Assembly (NCBI GenBank): GCA_964615385.1
Contig: CAZTMQ010000003.1
Span: 1-33,247 of the forward strand
DNA: 33,247 bases
DNA from: an uncultured Methanosarcinales archaeon
Lineage (GTDB): Archaea > Nanobdellota > Nanobdellia > Woesearchaeales > UBA119
Direction of reading: 5' to 3'
The notes below the pieces were generated by a model. It was not told the origin of the DNA. It worked only from the letters and a program-made list of their open reading frames with translations, and did not search any database. Made by a program: the position numbers and the translations under genes. The stretch's first letter is position 1. Each line of letters opens with the position of its first letter. Of this stretch, positions 16,430 to 25,450 are shown in pieces.

Positions 16430-17395
16430 TTAGTTTGTACTCGCGGTTGTATTTTCTTCAACAGGCGATATTGTTTCTTCTGCTGGCTCTTCTTCCAATT
16501 CTATTTTTATTGAGCCATCAGCGATTCCTAAAGCCTTTCTTTGCTCAGGGTTTACTTTCATAAGTGTCAATTTTTTCAAAGCGTCTACTGTTGCATTAAC
16601 AAGTGTTAGCTTATTTCTGGTCTGACCTTCAACTCTGCACCATACATCTTTAATTCCTGCTTTTTCTAAAATCTTTGCAATCTCTTTTTCTACAATAAGG
16701 CCTTTTCCTTTTGGAGCAGGAAGAAGCTCTATTATTACCGAGGAACATTTTCCTACTACTTTATAAGGAATAGAGTGGGGCTCTGCGCAATTACATACCC
16801 ATGAACCACAGCCTCTTCGAATTTTAAATATATTCATTTTTGACTTTCGTATAGCCTTCTCCCTTGCAGGAACTGTTTCTTTTGCCTTCCCTATACCTAC
16901 TCCAACATGCCCATTTCCATCCCCACAAACAGCACAGGTACAGAAGTGAGGCTTGTTTCCTTCTTCTGTTTTCTTTTGGGTCTGCCTAAAAACTCTTTTT
17001 TGGCCACCCCCAAACTTTCCCTTTGCCTGACCAATCATTAAAAGGTCTGCGTTCATGTTAGGTAAAAGGGCGTCTACAATCTCCTCTTCGAGAATTGCCT
17101 GACCCTTGTCGAGTATTTCATCTATAGTTTTAATCTTGCCTTCTTTGACTAGCCTTCCTAATTCAGTTTTAGGTACCCAATTATCTATTGCCTTTGAAAT
17201 TGAAGGACCTTGCACCGTCCCTTCCTCAGAAGAGATAGTTTCTTCAGAATCGCTCCCTTTCTCGACTGCGATATCCTTTTTCTTTAATATCTTTTTATCT
17301 TCCCTTTTAAAGCCTTTTTTAGCATCTTTTCTTGGGAAAACTGGCTTTTTGCCCTTGCTTTTTTCAGATTTTCCTTTTTTTGTATTTTCTGACAT
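16430..17395 (-). CDS. rps5: 30S ribosomal protein uS5 with K-rich N-terminal and acidic C-terminal extensions
   Basis: Core GDGNGHVGVGIGKAKETVPAREKAI ... LLPAPKGKGL. The ATG at 17395 is preferred over the TTG at 17404. Confidence 0.9.
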   Translation of the reverse strand: MSENTKKGKSEKSKGKKPVFPRKDAKKGFKREDKKILKKKDIAVEKGSDSEETISSEEGTVQGPSISKAIDNWVPKTELGRLVKEGKIKTIDEILDKGQAILEEEIVDALLPNMNADLLMIGQAKGKFGGGQKRVFRQTQKKTEEGNKPHFCTCAVCGDGNGHVGVGIGKAKETVPAREKAIRKSKMNIFKIRRGCGSWVCNCAEPHSIPYKVVGKCSSVIIELLPAPKGKGLIVEKEIAKILEKAGIKDVWCRVEGQTRNKLTLVNATVDALKKLTLMKVNPEQRKALGIADGSIKIELEEEPAEETISPVEENTTASTN

Positions 17396-17496
17396 GAATA
17401 TCAAACCCTTTCGTTTTTAATTTGAAACGCATTAATTATGTGTGTTTTTCGCCCATATTTTATTTGCAATCAGGTAAATTATACCTTACACTTAAA

Positions 17497-18198
17497 CTAT
17501 TTTCTCACAACTATTTTGTCATCGTTTTTATCCGCAACTTCGCTATCCTTTTCTTGAGTCTTGGTGTTTTTCTTTGTAGCGTTAGCATTTGCACTCTTTA
17601 TCTTTGAAATCTTTTCTGTTTGTTTTATTTTTTCTAAAACCTTATCAAATGCTTCTTTAATCTTCTCAGCATCTGCTTTTAATTTTAGATGAGCTGAATA
17701 TCTTTTATCATAAAGCCCGTTCTCCTTAAGGGTCTTTGCATAGCCTTCGATATGAGTGCCTTTTATTCTTTCATCCGAAGGGAAAATATCAGGGTTTATA
17801 TTCATAGAGACTTTTGAATCTATTATGCCTTTTGCAAAGGAATAATATTTTCCTCCACTTTTTGGAGTAACTACCCCTGTGTCAAATATCACATTTGAAA
17901 TCCCCTTTTCGATTAAGAGCTTTCCAAAGTAGTATCCAAACAAATACGAAGCAGGTAGATTTGAACAGCTAAAATCCCAGCCAAAGCCCTTTAGTGACTT
18001 TGCATTCGCGTCAGCTAAAACCTCGTCTCCTTTTAGGTTGAATTTTATAGCTTGAGCCCTTATATCTTTTGAACCATAACTTACTAAAAGCCTAATTTGA
18101 TTGGATTTTAACAGCTTAATTCTTCTATCGTAATTGGTCTTACCTTCCCTTTTCCTCCTAAAAGGAACCATTCTTATGTTCTTTTTCATATTGATCAT
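17497..18198 (-). CDS. rpl18: 50S ribosomal protein uL18 with C-terminal K-rich tail
   Basis: FRRKREGKTNYDRRIKLL motif. ATGA start/stop overlap with eL19. Confidence 0.9.
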   Translation of the reverse strand: MINMKKNIRMVPFRRKREGKTNYDRRIKLLKSNQIRLLVSYGSKDIRAQAIKFNLKGDEVLADANAKSLKGFGWDFSCSNLPASYLFGYYFGKLLIEKGISNVIFDTGVVTPKSGGKYYSFAKGIIDSKVSMNINPDIFPSDERIKGTHIEGYAKTLKENGLYDKRYSAHLKLKADAEKIKEAFDKVLEKIKQTEKISKIKSANANATKKNTKTQEKDSEVADKNDDKIVVRK

Positions 18199-18638
18199 TC
18201 CTTGTGTTTATCGGTGATGTAAAGCTTCAAGTGTCTTAAGCTCCTGAAAAATCCGCCTTTTACAAGATAATATAATTTTTTAAAGGACTCATTTGAGATC
18301 TTACCTTTTTCCTTTAGATACTTTAGGAATTCCCTTTGCTTTCGGGTTATGTTTATTCTTTGCTCCCTTTTTGAAAGCCTGGCATTTTTAGTCCCTTTTC
18401 TTGAGCCTGGGCCTTTTTGATTGCTTTTTTTCTTTTGTTTCCTAATCTTATTGGCCCGTACTCTTGAGCTGCCTTTCTTTTGCTTTACCGTGATGATCCC
18501 GCTTTTTATTAAGCCTCGTACATCTGCTTTAGTAATTGCATCCTTTATCTCTTCTGAAGAGCTATCATTTACTACAATTCTCTTCTTAGAGACCTTCATT
18601 ACTTTCCCGGCTAGTTTTTTTTGGAAATTAAGTTTCAT
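18195..18638 (-). CDS. rpl19e: 50S ribosomal protein eL19
   Basis: LNFQKKLAGKVMKVSKKRI and a basic central region; operon position. Confidence 0.9.
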   Translation of the reverse strand: MKLNFQKKLAGKVMKVSKKRIVVNDSSSEEIKDAITKADVRGLIKSGIITVKQKKGSSRVRANKIRKQKKKSNQKGPGSRKGTKNARLSKREQRINITRKQREFLKYLKEKGKISNESFKKLYYLVKGGFFRSLRHLKLYITDKHKE

Positions 18639-18671
18639 AAATCATCACTTTTTTGACTATCTCAATTTATC

Positions 18672-19379
18672 TTAGCTCTTTTGTGTGAGGAGTTTATCCC
18701 AATCTTTCTTTTCTTTGGTCTTTTCATCCTCAGGAATTTCTTCCGAAGAAGGCTTTGCAAAAGCCACATCTGCTTTCTCGGTCTTTTTAGATTTTGAATC
18801 AACAGCTGCTGAACCTTTTGCATCTTTTACATCCTTTGAAGGCGCACCTTCCTCTTTGGATTTCTCGGCCTTTTCAGTCTTTTCTGCTTTCTTTGCAGAT
18901 TCCTTCTTTTTTGCTTTTCTTTCAAGCCTAGCTTTCTTTCTCTTTTCTATCTCTTCCATTACTGACTTAACGAAAGCGTTTGAATCTTTATAATTATAAA
19001 CAATAATTCCAGCTTCTTTGGCTTTACTTATTATCTCTAGCCTCTTTTTAGCACCTACGCCGGACTTAATTACGCAAACATGATTTTTCTTATCAAGCTT
19101 TTCCAAATCTGAGACATTAGAAACCAGACTGATAACAAGCCCGTTTCTTAAAAGTCCTTTTATTTTTGAAGGTGAGCCATAACCAAGATTTACCTTTGAA
19201 GGATGACCTCTTTTGCCTAACCTCATTTTCGATTGTGAACCTTTAGGAGCTCTCCAGCCTGAATTATTTGAAAGCCTCTTCTTTTTATTTACATCCTGCC
19301 TTTGGAATTTTGGCTTCCTTTTTTTCACATCGTGCCTGATTTTGAGCAACTCTTTAATATTAGCCATTGTTATTTTCAC
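18672..19379 (-). CDS. rpl32e: 50S ribosomal protein eL32 with long K/E-rich C-terminal tail
   Basis: KFQRQDVNKKKRLSNNSGWRAPKGSQSKMR motif; operon position. Confidence 0.9.
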   Translation of the reverse strand: MKITMANIKELLKIRHDVKKRKPKFQRQDVNKKKRLSNNSGWRAPKGSQSKMRLGKRGHPSKVNLGYGSPSKIKGLLRNGLVISLVSNVSDLEKLDKKNHVCVIKSGVGAKKRLEIISKAKEAGIIVYNYKDSNAFVKSVMEEIEKRKKARLERKAKKKESAKKAEKTEKAEKSKEEGAPSKDVKDAKGSAAVDSKSKKTEKADVAFAKPSSEEIPEDEKTKEKKDWDKLLTQKS

Positions 19380-19384
19380 CTAAA

Positions 19385-19930
19385 CTAAACCTGTTTACCT
19401 GATTTTTCAATAATGTATATTCCATCTTGGAATCTTCGTTTGTCCCTGTCAGTTGTTCTTGTGAGGGCTTCTATCTTTCCGGCAGCGGCTCCCACAATTG
19501 CTTTGTCTATTCCGCTAACCTCAATTATGTCTCCACTCACTTTGAGCTGTACTGAAGAGGGCACCTTTACTGTCCTTGCAATCTTTTCACCCAAATAGTT
19601 CTTCACGCTAAGGGTATTATCTTTCGCCGTGACAGTCATTGGGAAGTGGCTTGAACAAACTTTTAATTTATACTCAAAGCCTTCCAAAACCCCTATGATC
19701 ATACTTTTAATAATGGATTCAAAGGTTCCCTGAAACATCTTTTCTCTTTTCGTTGCATTAAGCGATGTCAATGTTACAAAGCCATCTTCCACACTTATCT
19801 TAACAGTGTTTTTGAAAAGCTCCTTTTGGTTTTCCCCAAGCTTTCCCTTTACTGATAGCAAATCGTTTTCATACTTTACAGTAACACCTTGAGGGATTGC
19901 AACTTTCTTTTCCATTTTTTCTGCTTTCAT
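19385..19930 (-). CDS. rpl6: 50S ribosomal protein uL6
   Basis: VAIPQGVTVKYENDLLSVKGKLGE. The ATG at 19930 is preferred over the longer track ORF. Confidence 0.9.
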   Translation of the reverse strand: MKAEKMEKKVAIPQGVTVKYENDLLSVKGKLGENQKELFKNTVKISVEDGFVTLTSLNATKREKMFQGTFESIIKSMIIGVLEGFEYKLKVCSSHFPMTVTAKDNTLSVKNYLGEKIARTVKVPSSVQLKVSGDIIEVSGIDKAIVGAAAGKIEALTRTTDRDKRRFQDGIYIIEKSGKQV

Positions 19931-20020
19931 ATTGATCACGAATCTATAAAATCTTGATGTGACAATCTCAAAGGCTACCAAAGCCTTGTATTGATGTAAA
20001 TCGATTTAACTTAGTTTTGG

Positions 20021-20413
20021 CTAATAGCAATACGCAATTAGTCTTCCTCCTGTGTTTTTACTTTTTGCTTCAGTATGAGTCATCAGGCCATATGGTGTTG
20101 AGATTATGAGTATCCCAAAACCCACTGCTGGCAAAAACTGTTTTTCATATCTATCAAAAGTATCCATTGTTACGGCAAATCTAGGCTTTATTGCTCCGCA
20201 CTTGTTAATGTGCCCAAGGAGGTTTAGCCTAAGTATCCTTCCCCTAGTAGTTTCTGTAACTGTGTATTCTCCAAGATACATGTTAGCTTTTAATAGGTCA
20301 AAAACTTTTAGCATTAGGTTTGACACAGGAACAATTTGTATCTCTTTTTGTCCTGCTTTTTCAGCATTATTTATCTTTGAAAGCGCATCTGCGATTGGAT
20401 CGTTTAAAACCAT
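20021..20413 (-). CDS. rps8: 30S ribosomal protein uS8
   Basis: DPIADALSKINNAEKAGQKE start; operon position. Confidence 0.9.
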   Translation of the reverse strand: MVLNDPIADALSKINNAEKAGQKEIQIVPVSNLMLKVFDLLKANMYLGEYTVTETTRGRILRLNLLGHINKCGAIKPRFAVTMDTFDRYEKQFLPAVGFGILIISTPYGLMTHTEAKSKNTGGRLIAYCY

Positions 20414-20422
20414 TTTACTTCC

Positions 20423-20653
20423 TCAACTATATTTTTTAAAGCCTATCTTTGTGGCAATTTCTCTAAAGCAATGTCTGCATAAATGAAGGCCGTATTTTGA
20501 AATATGGCCACCTGCTCTTCCGCATCTTCTACACCTATTAAACCCTTTTCCGAATTTCCTTTCCTTTGGCGCAGAGTGTTTGTTGAACTTTGCAAGTATT
20601 GCTGGCTTTGCTCTTAATTGAACGTAAACCTTTTTGTAATTTGATGCTCCCAT
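20423..20653 (-). CDS. rps14: 30S ribosomal protein uS14 (zinc-ribbon type)
   Basis: [25 protein letters not shown]. Confidence 0.9.
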   Translation of the reverse strand: MGASNYKKVYVQLRAKPAILAKFNKHSAPKERKFGKGFNRCRRCGRAGGHISKYGLHLCRHCFREIATKIGFKKYS

Positions 20654-20670
20654 AATTATTTCCCCCTAAC

Positions 20671-21210
20671 CTATTCAGCCTCCACGCCGAATTTATTTTT
20701 GATAAACATTATTGCCTCGTCTTTTGTGATTAGGTGCTTTTTTCCGATTTTTGATTTGAAATCCTTTCTTTTTTTGACCCGATACCCTGACCTTGAAAGA
20801 GTGACACTCACCTGAAGCCCTAGGATTCCGAGGTTGTGGTCATATTCTATTCCAGGGATATCGATATACTCTTTTATTCCAAATGAAAAATTACCTAAAT
20901 CATCAAAAGCCTTTTTTGAAAGCTTATCATCATTAGCCTTTAAAAGCGAGGCTAACTTTTCTTCTGCAAGCGCTTTTCTTAAAGTAACCATTGCACCAAC
21001 AGGCAAGCCTGGTCTTACAGACCAAGTCGGGATTCTTTTGTTGCTTACAGTTTTTACGGGCTTTTTTCCTGATATCTTTTCAAGCAGTAAAAGTGCCTTT
21101 TCTAAAAGCTCTGGGCTTACATTAGTGCCCATACTCAGAGTAACCTTCTCTACAAAAATGTCCCTGTTTGGATTTTTTGCCTTTGGCTTTTTTTCTTTTT
21201 GTGATTCCAT
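20671..21210 (-). CDS. rpl5: 50S ribosomal protein uL5
   Basis: NPNRDIFVEKVTLSMG and GIEYDHNLGILGLQV; operon position. Confidence 0.9.
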   Translation of the reverse strand: MESQKEKKPKAKNPNRDIFVEKVTLSMGTNVSPELLEKALLLLEKISGKKPVKTVSNKRIPTWSVRPGLPVGAMVTLRKALAEEKLASLLKANDDKLSKKAFDDLGNFSFGIKEYIDIPGIEYDHNLGILGLQVSVTLSRSGYRVKKRKDFKSKIGKKHLITKDEAIMFIKNKFGVEAE

Positions 21211-21229
21211 TTAAACATCATCCTCTGTG

Positions 21230-21931
21230 CTAAAAAACACTAATTGAAGGGGATTTCTCTCCAATAACTATTACACTTTTTTTGTCCACTTCAATAGTAT
21301 CCTCATCAGAGTTAACAACTAAAGTATCGTTTTCGAGGATTTCATTTATTGTTCCGTGCCTTCCAATATGTTTTCCGTTTAGAATACATACAAAGGAACC
21401 CTTCTTTAAAGGAATATGCTCTACAAGTTCCACTTTTGGAAGCTTAACAAGCAAAGCCTCTCCAACTTGATATGAAGATGCATCCTTTTCAGGAATCAAT
21501 AGGTTTATTCCTGATTCGAGATTTAGTTGTAGCTTCTTGCCTTTAAGCATGGTTTTTCCTATTACTCTTAGTACGTTAAACTCTGATTCAGCTTGTGGTA
21601 TCTTTATGATTGATAGCCTGCCTAACTTGTCAAATACAAGCCTGTAGTGAGATTGAATGTTTGGCAAACTTAATACATCAAAAAGCCCTATTGGATAAGT
21701 ATAAGAATCTACAAGCTTGCCGTTTACAAAAATCTCCTTTGCATTAATTAGCTGCTTTACTTCCTTTGCGTTCTTGGCAAGCTTTAGCATATCCCTAAGT
21801 ACAACTACCAAAGGCAGTGTCTGGGCAAGTGGCCTTGGCCCAACAGTTGGCCTTGCTACAAACTTGTTTTCTTTTCGGCGTATTGGCCAGGTCCTTGGAA
21901 CCGATATCCTTTTGATATGATTTGTTACCAT
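21230..21931 (-). CDS. rps4e: 30S ribosomal protein eS4
   Basis: HIKRISVPRTWPIRRKENKFVARPTVGP N-terminus and a KOW-like C-terminal part. Confidence 0.9.
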   Translation of the reverse strand: MVTNHIKRISVPRTWPIRRKENKFVARPTVGPRPLAQTLPLVVVLRDMLKLAKNAKEVKQLINAKEIFVNGKLVDSYTYPIGLFDVLSLPNIQSHYRLVFDKLGRLSIIKIPQAESEFNVLRVIGKTMLKGKKLQLNLESGINLLIPEKDASSYQVGEALLVKLPKVELVEHIPLKKGSFVCILNGKHIGRHGTINEILENDTLVVNSDEDTIEVDKKSVIVIGEKSPSISVF

Positions 21932-21938
21932 TTTATCA

Positions 21939-22655
21939 TCACTTTTCTAGTTGGCTGACTTGATTACTTTTGCTCTTCTCACCTTTTGAGCCTTCTTTTG
22001 AATCATCTTTCACTTTATGATTATCATTACTTAAATTTTCACGACTATTTGCTTTGTTTTCCAAAGTGCTATGCTTTGAAGTACCGGACTTTGCTACGGT
22101 TAGTTCTTTTACTCCTTTTGTTTTCTTTGTCTCTTTTGTATCAGACATCTCAGTTTGAACTTTTTGCTCGTTTTTTGGCTTTATCGTGCCTTTTGTTGCA
22201 TTGCTTTGTTTGGTTTGCCTTGACACTTTCTCCTTTAATTCTTTCTTAGGTTTTTCCTTAATTGATCCTTTTGCTTTGGCTTTCTCAAATTGCAATAGCC
22301 TCTTTTTGTCATCTAAAACGAGCGAGGTTATCTGAAGATTGCATGGCTTTAGAGGGTATTTAACCTTTGAGCCATTCTTTTTTACAACTTCAATTCCTGA
22401 AACATAAACAATACCTTTTTTCAAGAGTACTTGTTCGACCTTGCCACTTTTGCCTTTGAACTGACCCTTTTTGATAATGATTGTATCGCCTTTTCTAAGT
22501 GCGACATGCCTTTTTGAGTGTTTTTGCCTTAATTCCTTAGATAAGTTACAGGAAACAAATTCCTGTCTTATGTGCAAAGGCGCATTACGTATGTACTTCC
22601 TTTGCTTCCTTATTTGAGAGCTTGATTTCCAAGCCGAGGAGTATTTTTGTTTCAT
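21939..22655 (-). CDS. rpl24: 50S ribosomal protein uL24 with long C-terminal K/E/S-rich tail
   Basis: KOW motif LRKGDTIIIKKGQFKGKSGKVEQV; operon position. Confidence 0.9.
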   Translation of the reverse strand: MKQKYSSAWKSSSQIRKQRKYIRNAPLHIRQEFVSCNLSKELRQKHSKRHVALRKGDTIIIKKGQFKGKSGKVEQVLLKKGIVYVSGIEVVKKNGSKVKYPLKPCNLQITSLVLDDKKRLLQFEKAKAKGSIKEKPKKELKEKVSRQTKQSNATKGTIKPKNEQKVQTEMSDTKETKKTKGVKELTVAKSGTSKHSTLENKANSRENLSNDNHKVKDDSKEGSKGEKSKSNQVSQLEK

Positions 22656-22665
22656 TTTTTGATCC

Positions 22666-23067
22666 TCACACGATTATACTTGCAAGCTTCGCCACAGAAG
22701 GCCATCTTTCACACGCTTCTTTTGCAACTGCTCCTTTTATCAAAGTGCCTTTTGGATTTCCATCGGCATCCTTAAGCACTACAGCAGCATTATCTTCAAA
22801 TCCAATTCTCGTACCATCTGGTCTTCTATATTCTTTTTTTTGTCTTATGATAACTGCAAAAACTACTTTTTTTCTCATTTCAGGATTTCCCTTCACAACA
22901 GAAGCCACTACAAAATCTGCTACTCCCGCTGAGGCAATTCTACCCTTAACGCCTTTATAACCCTTCACAGATATTATCTGTAGCACCTTCGCCCCAGAGT
23001 TATCTGCAGTAGGCACGAAGGCACCTACAGGCAAACCCTTAGTAACTTTTGCTTTGATTGCTTGCAT
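22666..23067 (-). CDS. rpl14: 50S ribosomal protein uL14
   Basis: [16 protein letters not shown] ... [20 protein letters not shown]. Confidence 0.95.
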   Translation of the reverse strand: MQAIKAKVTKGLPVGAFVPTADNSGAKVLQIISVKGYKGVKGRIASAGVADFVVASVVKGNPEMRKKVVFAVIIRQKKEYRRPDGTRIGFEDNAAVVLKDADGNPKGTLIKGAVAKEACERWPSVAKLASIIV

Positions 23068-23079
23068 CTAAAATACACC

Positions 23080-23616
23080 TTATTCTTTATTGGATTTTTT
23101 TGTTGATTTTTTTATAGAGTCTTCTTTATTTGTTTCTTCTTTTGACTCTTCTTTTTTATCTTGATTGCCATCAGAGTCTGTATCTGACGATCTCTTTTCT
23201 GATATTGATTTTTGTGATATTGTTTTTTTAGTTTTGGTATCGCTATTTTGTTTGCCATCTCTTATTGATGTTTCTTTGCCTTTTTCTATTTCTTCATCAG
23301 AGATTATTTTTAAAACAACAAAATTCTTTGTCTTACTCAAAGGTCTTGTTTCACCAATTAATACAGTCATCCCCACTTTTGCATCTATACATTCAGGGTT
23401 GTGGGCGTGAATCTTCGTTTTCTTCCTAGTATACCTATTGTATTTTGGAACATATCTCAAAAAATGCCTCTCAATTGTAACCGTTCTATACATTTTGTCT
23501 GAAACTACCTTCCCTTGCAGGTATCTGCCCCTTACCTTCACATTGCCGTGGTAAGGACAGTTTTTATCCTCACATGTTTTCTTGGGAATATTCTCTTTTA
23601 GGTTGAATTTTACCAT
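23080..23616 (-). CDS. rps17: 30S ribosomal protein uS17 with C-terminal K/E/S-rich tail
   Basis: CEDKNCPYHGNVKVRGRYLQGKVVSDKMYRTVTIE. Confidence 0.9.
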   Translation of the reverse strand: MVKFNLKENIPKKTCEDKNCPYHGNVKVRGRYLQGKVVSDKMYRTVTIERHFLRYVPKYNRYTRKKTKIHAHNPECIDAKVGMTVLIGETRPLSKTKNFVVLKIISDEEIEKGKETSIRDGKQNSDTKTKKTISQKSISEKRSSDTDSDGNQDKKEESKEETNKEDSIKKSTKKSNKE

Positions 23617-23737
23617 TCTTTTTCACCAATAGTTATTTGCTTTGTTACTTCCTTTTTTATAGTAATTTTAAATCGTAATAAACTTTTATCCAAATTTTTA
23701 TCAAATTAAACTAACAAACTAAAGCGCTTGACTTTAC

Positions 23738-24124
23738 TCAAACGCTACGGGAAACCCTATCTACGGGACTTCCCAACAGATATCCGCCATCAATCACAAT
23801 GCGTGGCCCAACACCTGTTGAAATAAGCTCTTTTGGGCAGGCAATCTCAAAAATATTGCCCGCCTTTTTGATGACTTTCGGGAAATTGATGTCTTTGGAA
23901 ACGACGTGAAAAGTTCCTTTCGTTTCCCAGACTACGATGCCCGATAAAAGCCCTTTTGAAGAGCTGTATTTGATTGTTTTTCCTATGAAATTTTGCTTTA
24001 ATATTGCGGAATGCGCTTTGAAAGACACTTTATCGGATCTTGATACTCTCTGGAACGAATCCATACTCAATAAGGTATTCCTTAACCTTGCTTTTGTGAT
24101 CCCCTTGAAGTTCAATTGCTCCAT
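23738..24124 (-). CDS. rnp1: RNase P protein component 1 (Rpp29/Pop4)
   Basis: [30 protein letters not shown] matches the Rpp29 Sm-like core, and the position between aIF1 and uS17 is canonical. The start is ambiguous (TTG 24148, ATG 24124, ATG 24064); every option overlaps the aIF1 3' end. Confidence 0.75.
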   Translation of the reverse strand: MEQLNFKGITKARLRNTLLSMDSFQRVSRSDKVSFKAHSAILKQNFIGKTIKYSSSKGLLSGIVVWETKGTFHVVSKDINFPKVIKKAGNIFEIACPKELISTGVGPRIVIDGGYLLGSPVDRVSRSV

Positions 24125-24338
24125 CTTTATACGTTCCTCCACAAGCAAGTTTATTCTTGAGTTTTTTTAACAGTTCCTTCAAATCGATGTTTTTGTCTGA
24201 GATCCCCATAACGATCGTGTAAAGCTTTCCAAATCGCTTTTTCACAGATTTTATTGTGATCTCCTGCGCTTCCTTTGCAATTGTTTCGCAAACACAAAGC
24301 TCCTTAGGGAGTCCGCATTTGGGGCATATCTCGCTCAT
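24030..24338 (-). CDS. Translation initiation factor aIF1 (SUI1)
   Basis: N-terminal CPKCG..CVC zinc knuckle, then a SUI1 fold ([11 protein letters not shown] ... [25 protein letters not shown]). Confidence 0.9.
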   Translation of the reverse strand: MSEICPKCGLPKELCVCETIAKEAQEITIKSVKKRFGKLYTIVMGISDKNIDLKELLKKLKNKLACGGTYKDGAIELQGDHKSKVKEYLIEYGFVPESIKIR

Positions 24339-24548
24339 TTAGTTGCTTTCCTCCATTTGTTTTTCTCTAATCAGTGTCTTTAATCTTGCAATATGAGACT
24401 TCATGTTTTTAATCTTTGAAATATCCTTTTGAGATGCGGCACTTTTTGCCTGAGCGACTAATTTCATCAAATCAAGCCTTGCATCGCTTAATTTGAGAGA
24501 TAATTCATCAATAGCTAATTTATTTAACTCCCTTGCCTGCTTTGTCAC
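24339..24548 (-). CDS. rpl29: 50S ribosomal protein uL29
   Basis: 69-aa helical protein (ELNKLAIDELSLKLSDARLDLMKL); operon position. Confidence 0.9.
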   Translation of the reverse strand: MTKQARELNKLAIDELSLKLSDARLDLMKLVAQAKSAASQKDISKIKNMKSHIARLKTLIREKQMEESN

Positions 24549-25450
24549 TTCGAATCACCTGCAAAGTTTTCCTTATTCGCCATTTCGTTTGAATTATCAG
24601 AGGCACTATCAACATTATCGCTGGTGTTTTCTTCAACTACTTTGTCACTTGCAACTTCATTGGTGCTGTTACTTGAAGCCTCCTCTTTTTTCTTTTCAGC
24701 TTCTTTTTTTTGTGTAGCTTGTGGCTTTTTGACTTTAGACTTGCTCTTTTCTTTAGAGTTTGCTTCTTTGGATTGCACATCCTTTTTTTCAGCATCCTTA
24801 GTAGCCTTTTCTACAGGCTTTTCCATCACAGTCTCTTCCACTACAGATTCTTCTTTGATTATTTCTGAAACATCATCAGGAGATGTTAAGTCTGCAGGCA
24901 TTATGTTTACCTTAATCCCAACGACTCCTGATTTTAAGACTGCAAATTCCTTTGCTGCTTTTACTTGTGTTAATGCAAGATCTCCAGATTTCTTGAGATA
25001 TCCGTAAAATACCCTCCAGCTTTTCGCTCTAGAGCTTGGAATCTTTCCTGAAAGTATAATTTCAACGCCTTTGGCACCTGCCCTCATTACAGATTCTGCA
25101 CTTTTATGCATAATTGATTTGAATCTTTTTGAGCCATATCTCTCCAAGGAAAGGGCAATCCTTTGTGCAACAACCACTGCATCGAGGTCTTGATCAGTAA
25201 TCTCAGAAACCTCAAGTTGAGGATTTTCAAGATTGAACTTCTTTTTTAGCTCCTTTGTTAAGAGAGCGATATTGTTTCCTTTTCTACCGACAACCTTTCC
25301 AGGCTTGGTACAGTATATAATTATATTCTCACCTAAAGGAGTCTTTTTAACCTCAGTTCTGGCCACACTCCTTTCTTTTAGGAAATTGAGTATAAAATCG
25401 TGTATTTCGTGCTTCATTAAATTTGAAGTGATAAAGCTTCTCTCTATCAT
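24545..25450 (-). CDS. rps3: 30S ribosomal protein uS3 with roughly 100-aa C-terminal low-complexity tail
   Basis: KH-domain region (PGKVVGRKGNNIALLTKELKK) and RAGAKGVEIILSGK. 4-nt overlaps with both neighbouring genes. Confidence 0.9.
   Translation of the reverse strand: MIERSFITSNLMKHEIHDFILNFLKERSVARTEVKKTPLGENIIIYCTKPGKVVGRKGNNIALLTKELKKKFNLENPQLEVSEITDQDLDAVVVAQRIALSLERYGSKRFKSIMHKSAESVMRAGAKGVEIILSGKIPSSRAKSWRVFYGYLKKSGDLALTQVKAAKEFAVLKSGVVGIKVNIMPADLTSPDDVSEIIKEESVVEETVMEKPVEKATKDAEKKDVQSKEANSKEKSKSKVKKPQATQKKEAEKKKEEASSNSTNEVASDKVVEENTSDNVDSASDNSNEMANKENFAGDSK

Noticed and set aside
16250-16563. Two overlapping F/L-rich plus-strand ORFs (87 and 71 aa) in the uS5-uL30 spacer
   Set aside because: They are driven by poly-T tracts, overlap the 3' end of uS5 on the opposite strand, and have no start context or motifs.
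18685-25007. Long plus-strand ORFs antisense to ribosomal-protein genes (for example 18685-18993, 20106-20486, 20834-21214, 22622-22960, 24624-25007)
   Set aside because: They mirror confidently identified minus-strand genes. They are S/F/L-rich because they are the complement of K/E-rich codons, and they have no motifs. This is a typical antisense artefact of biased composition.
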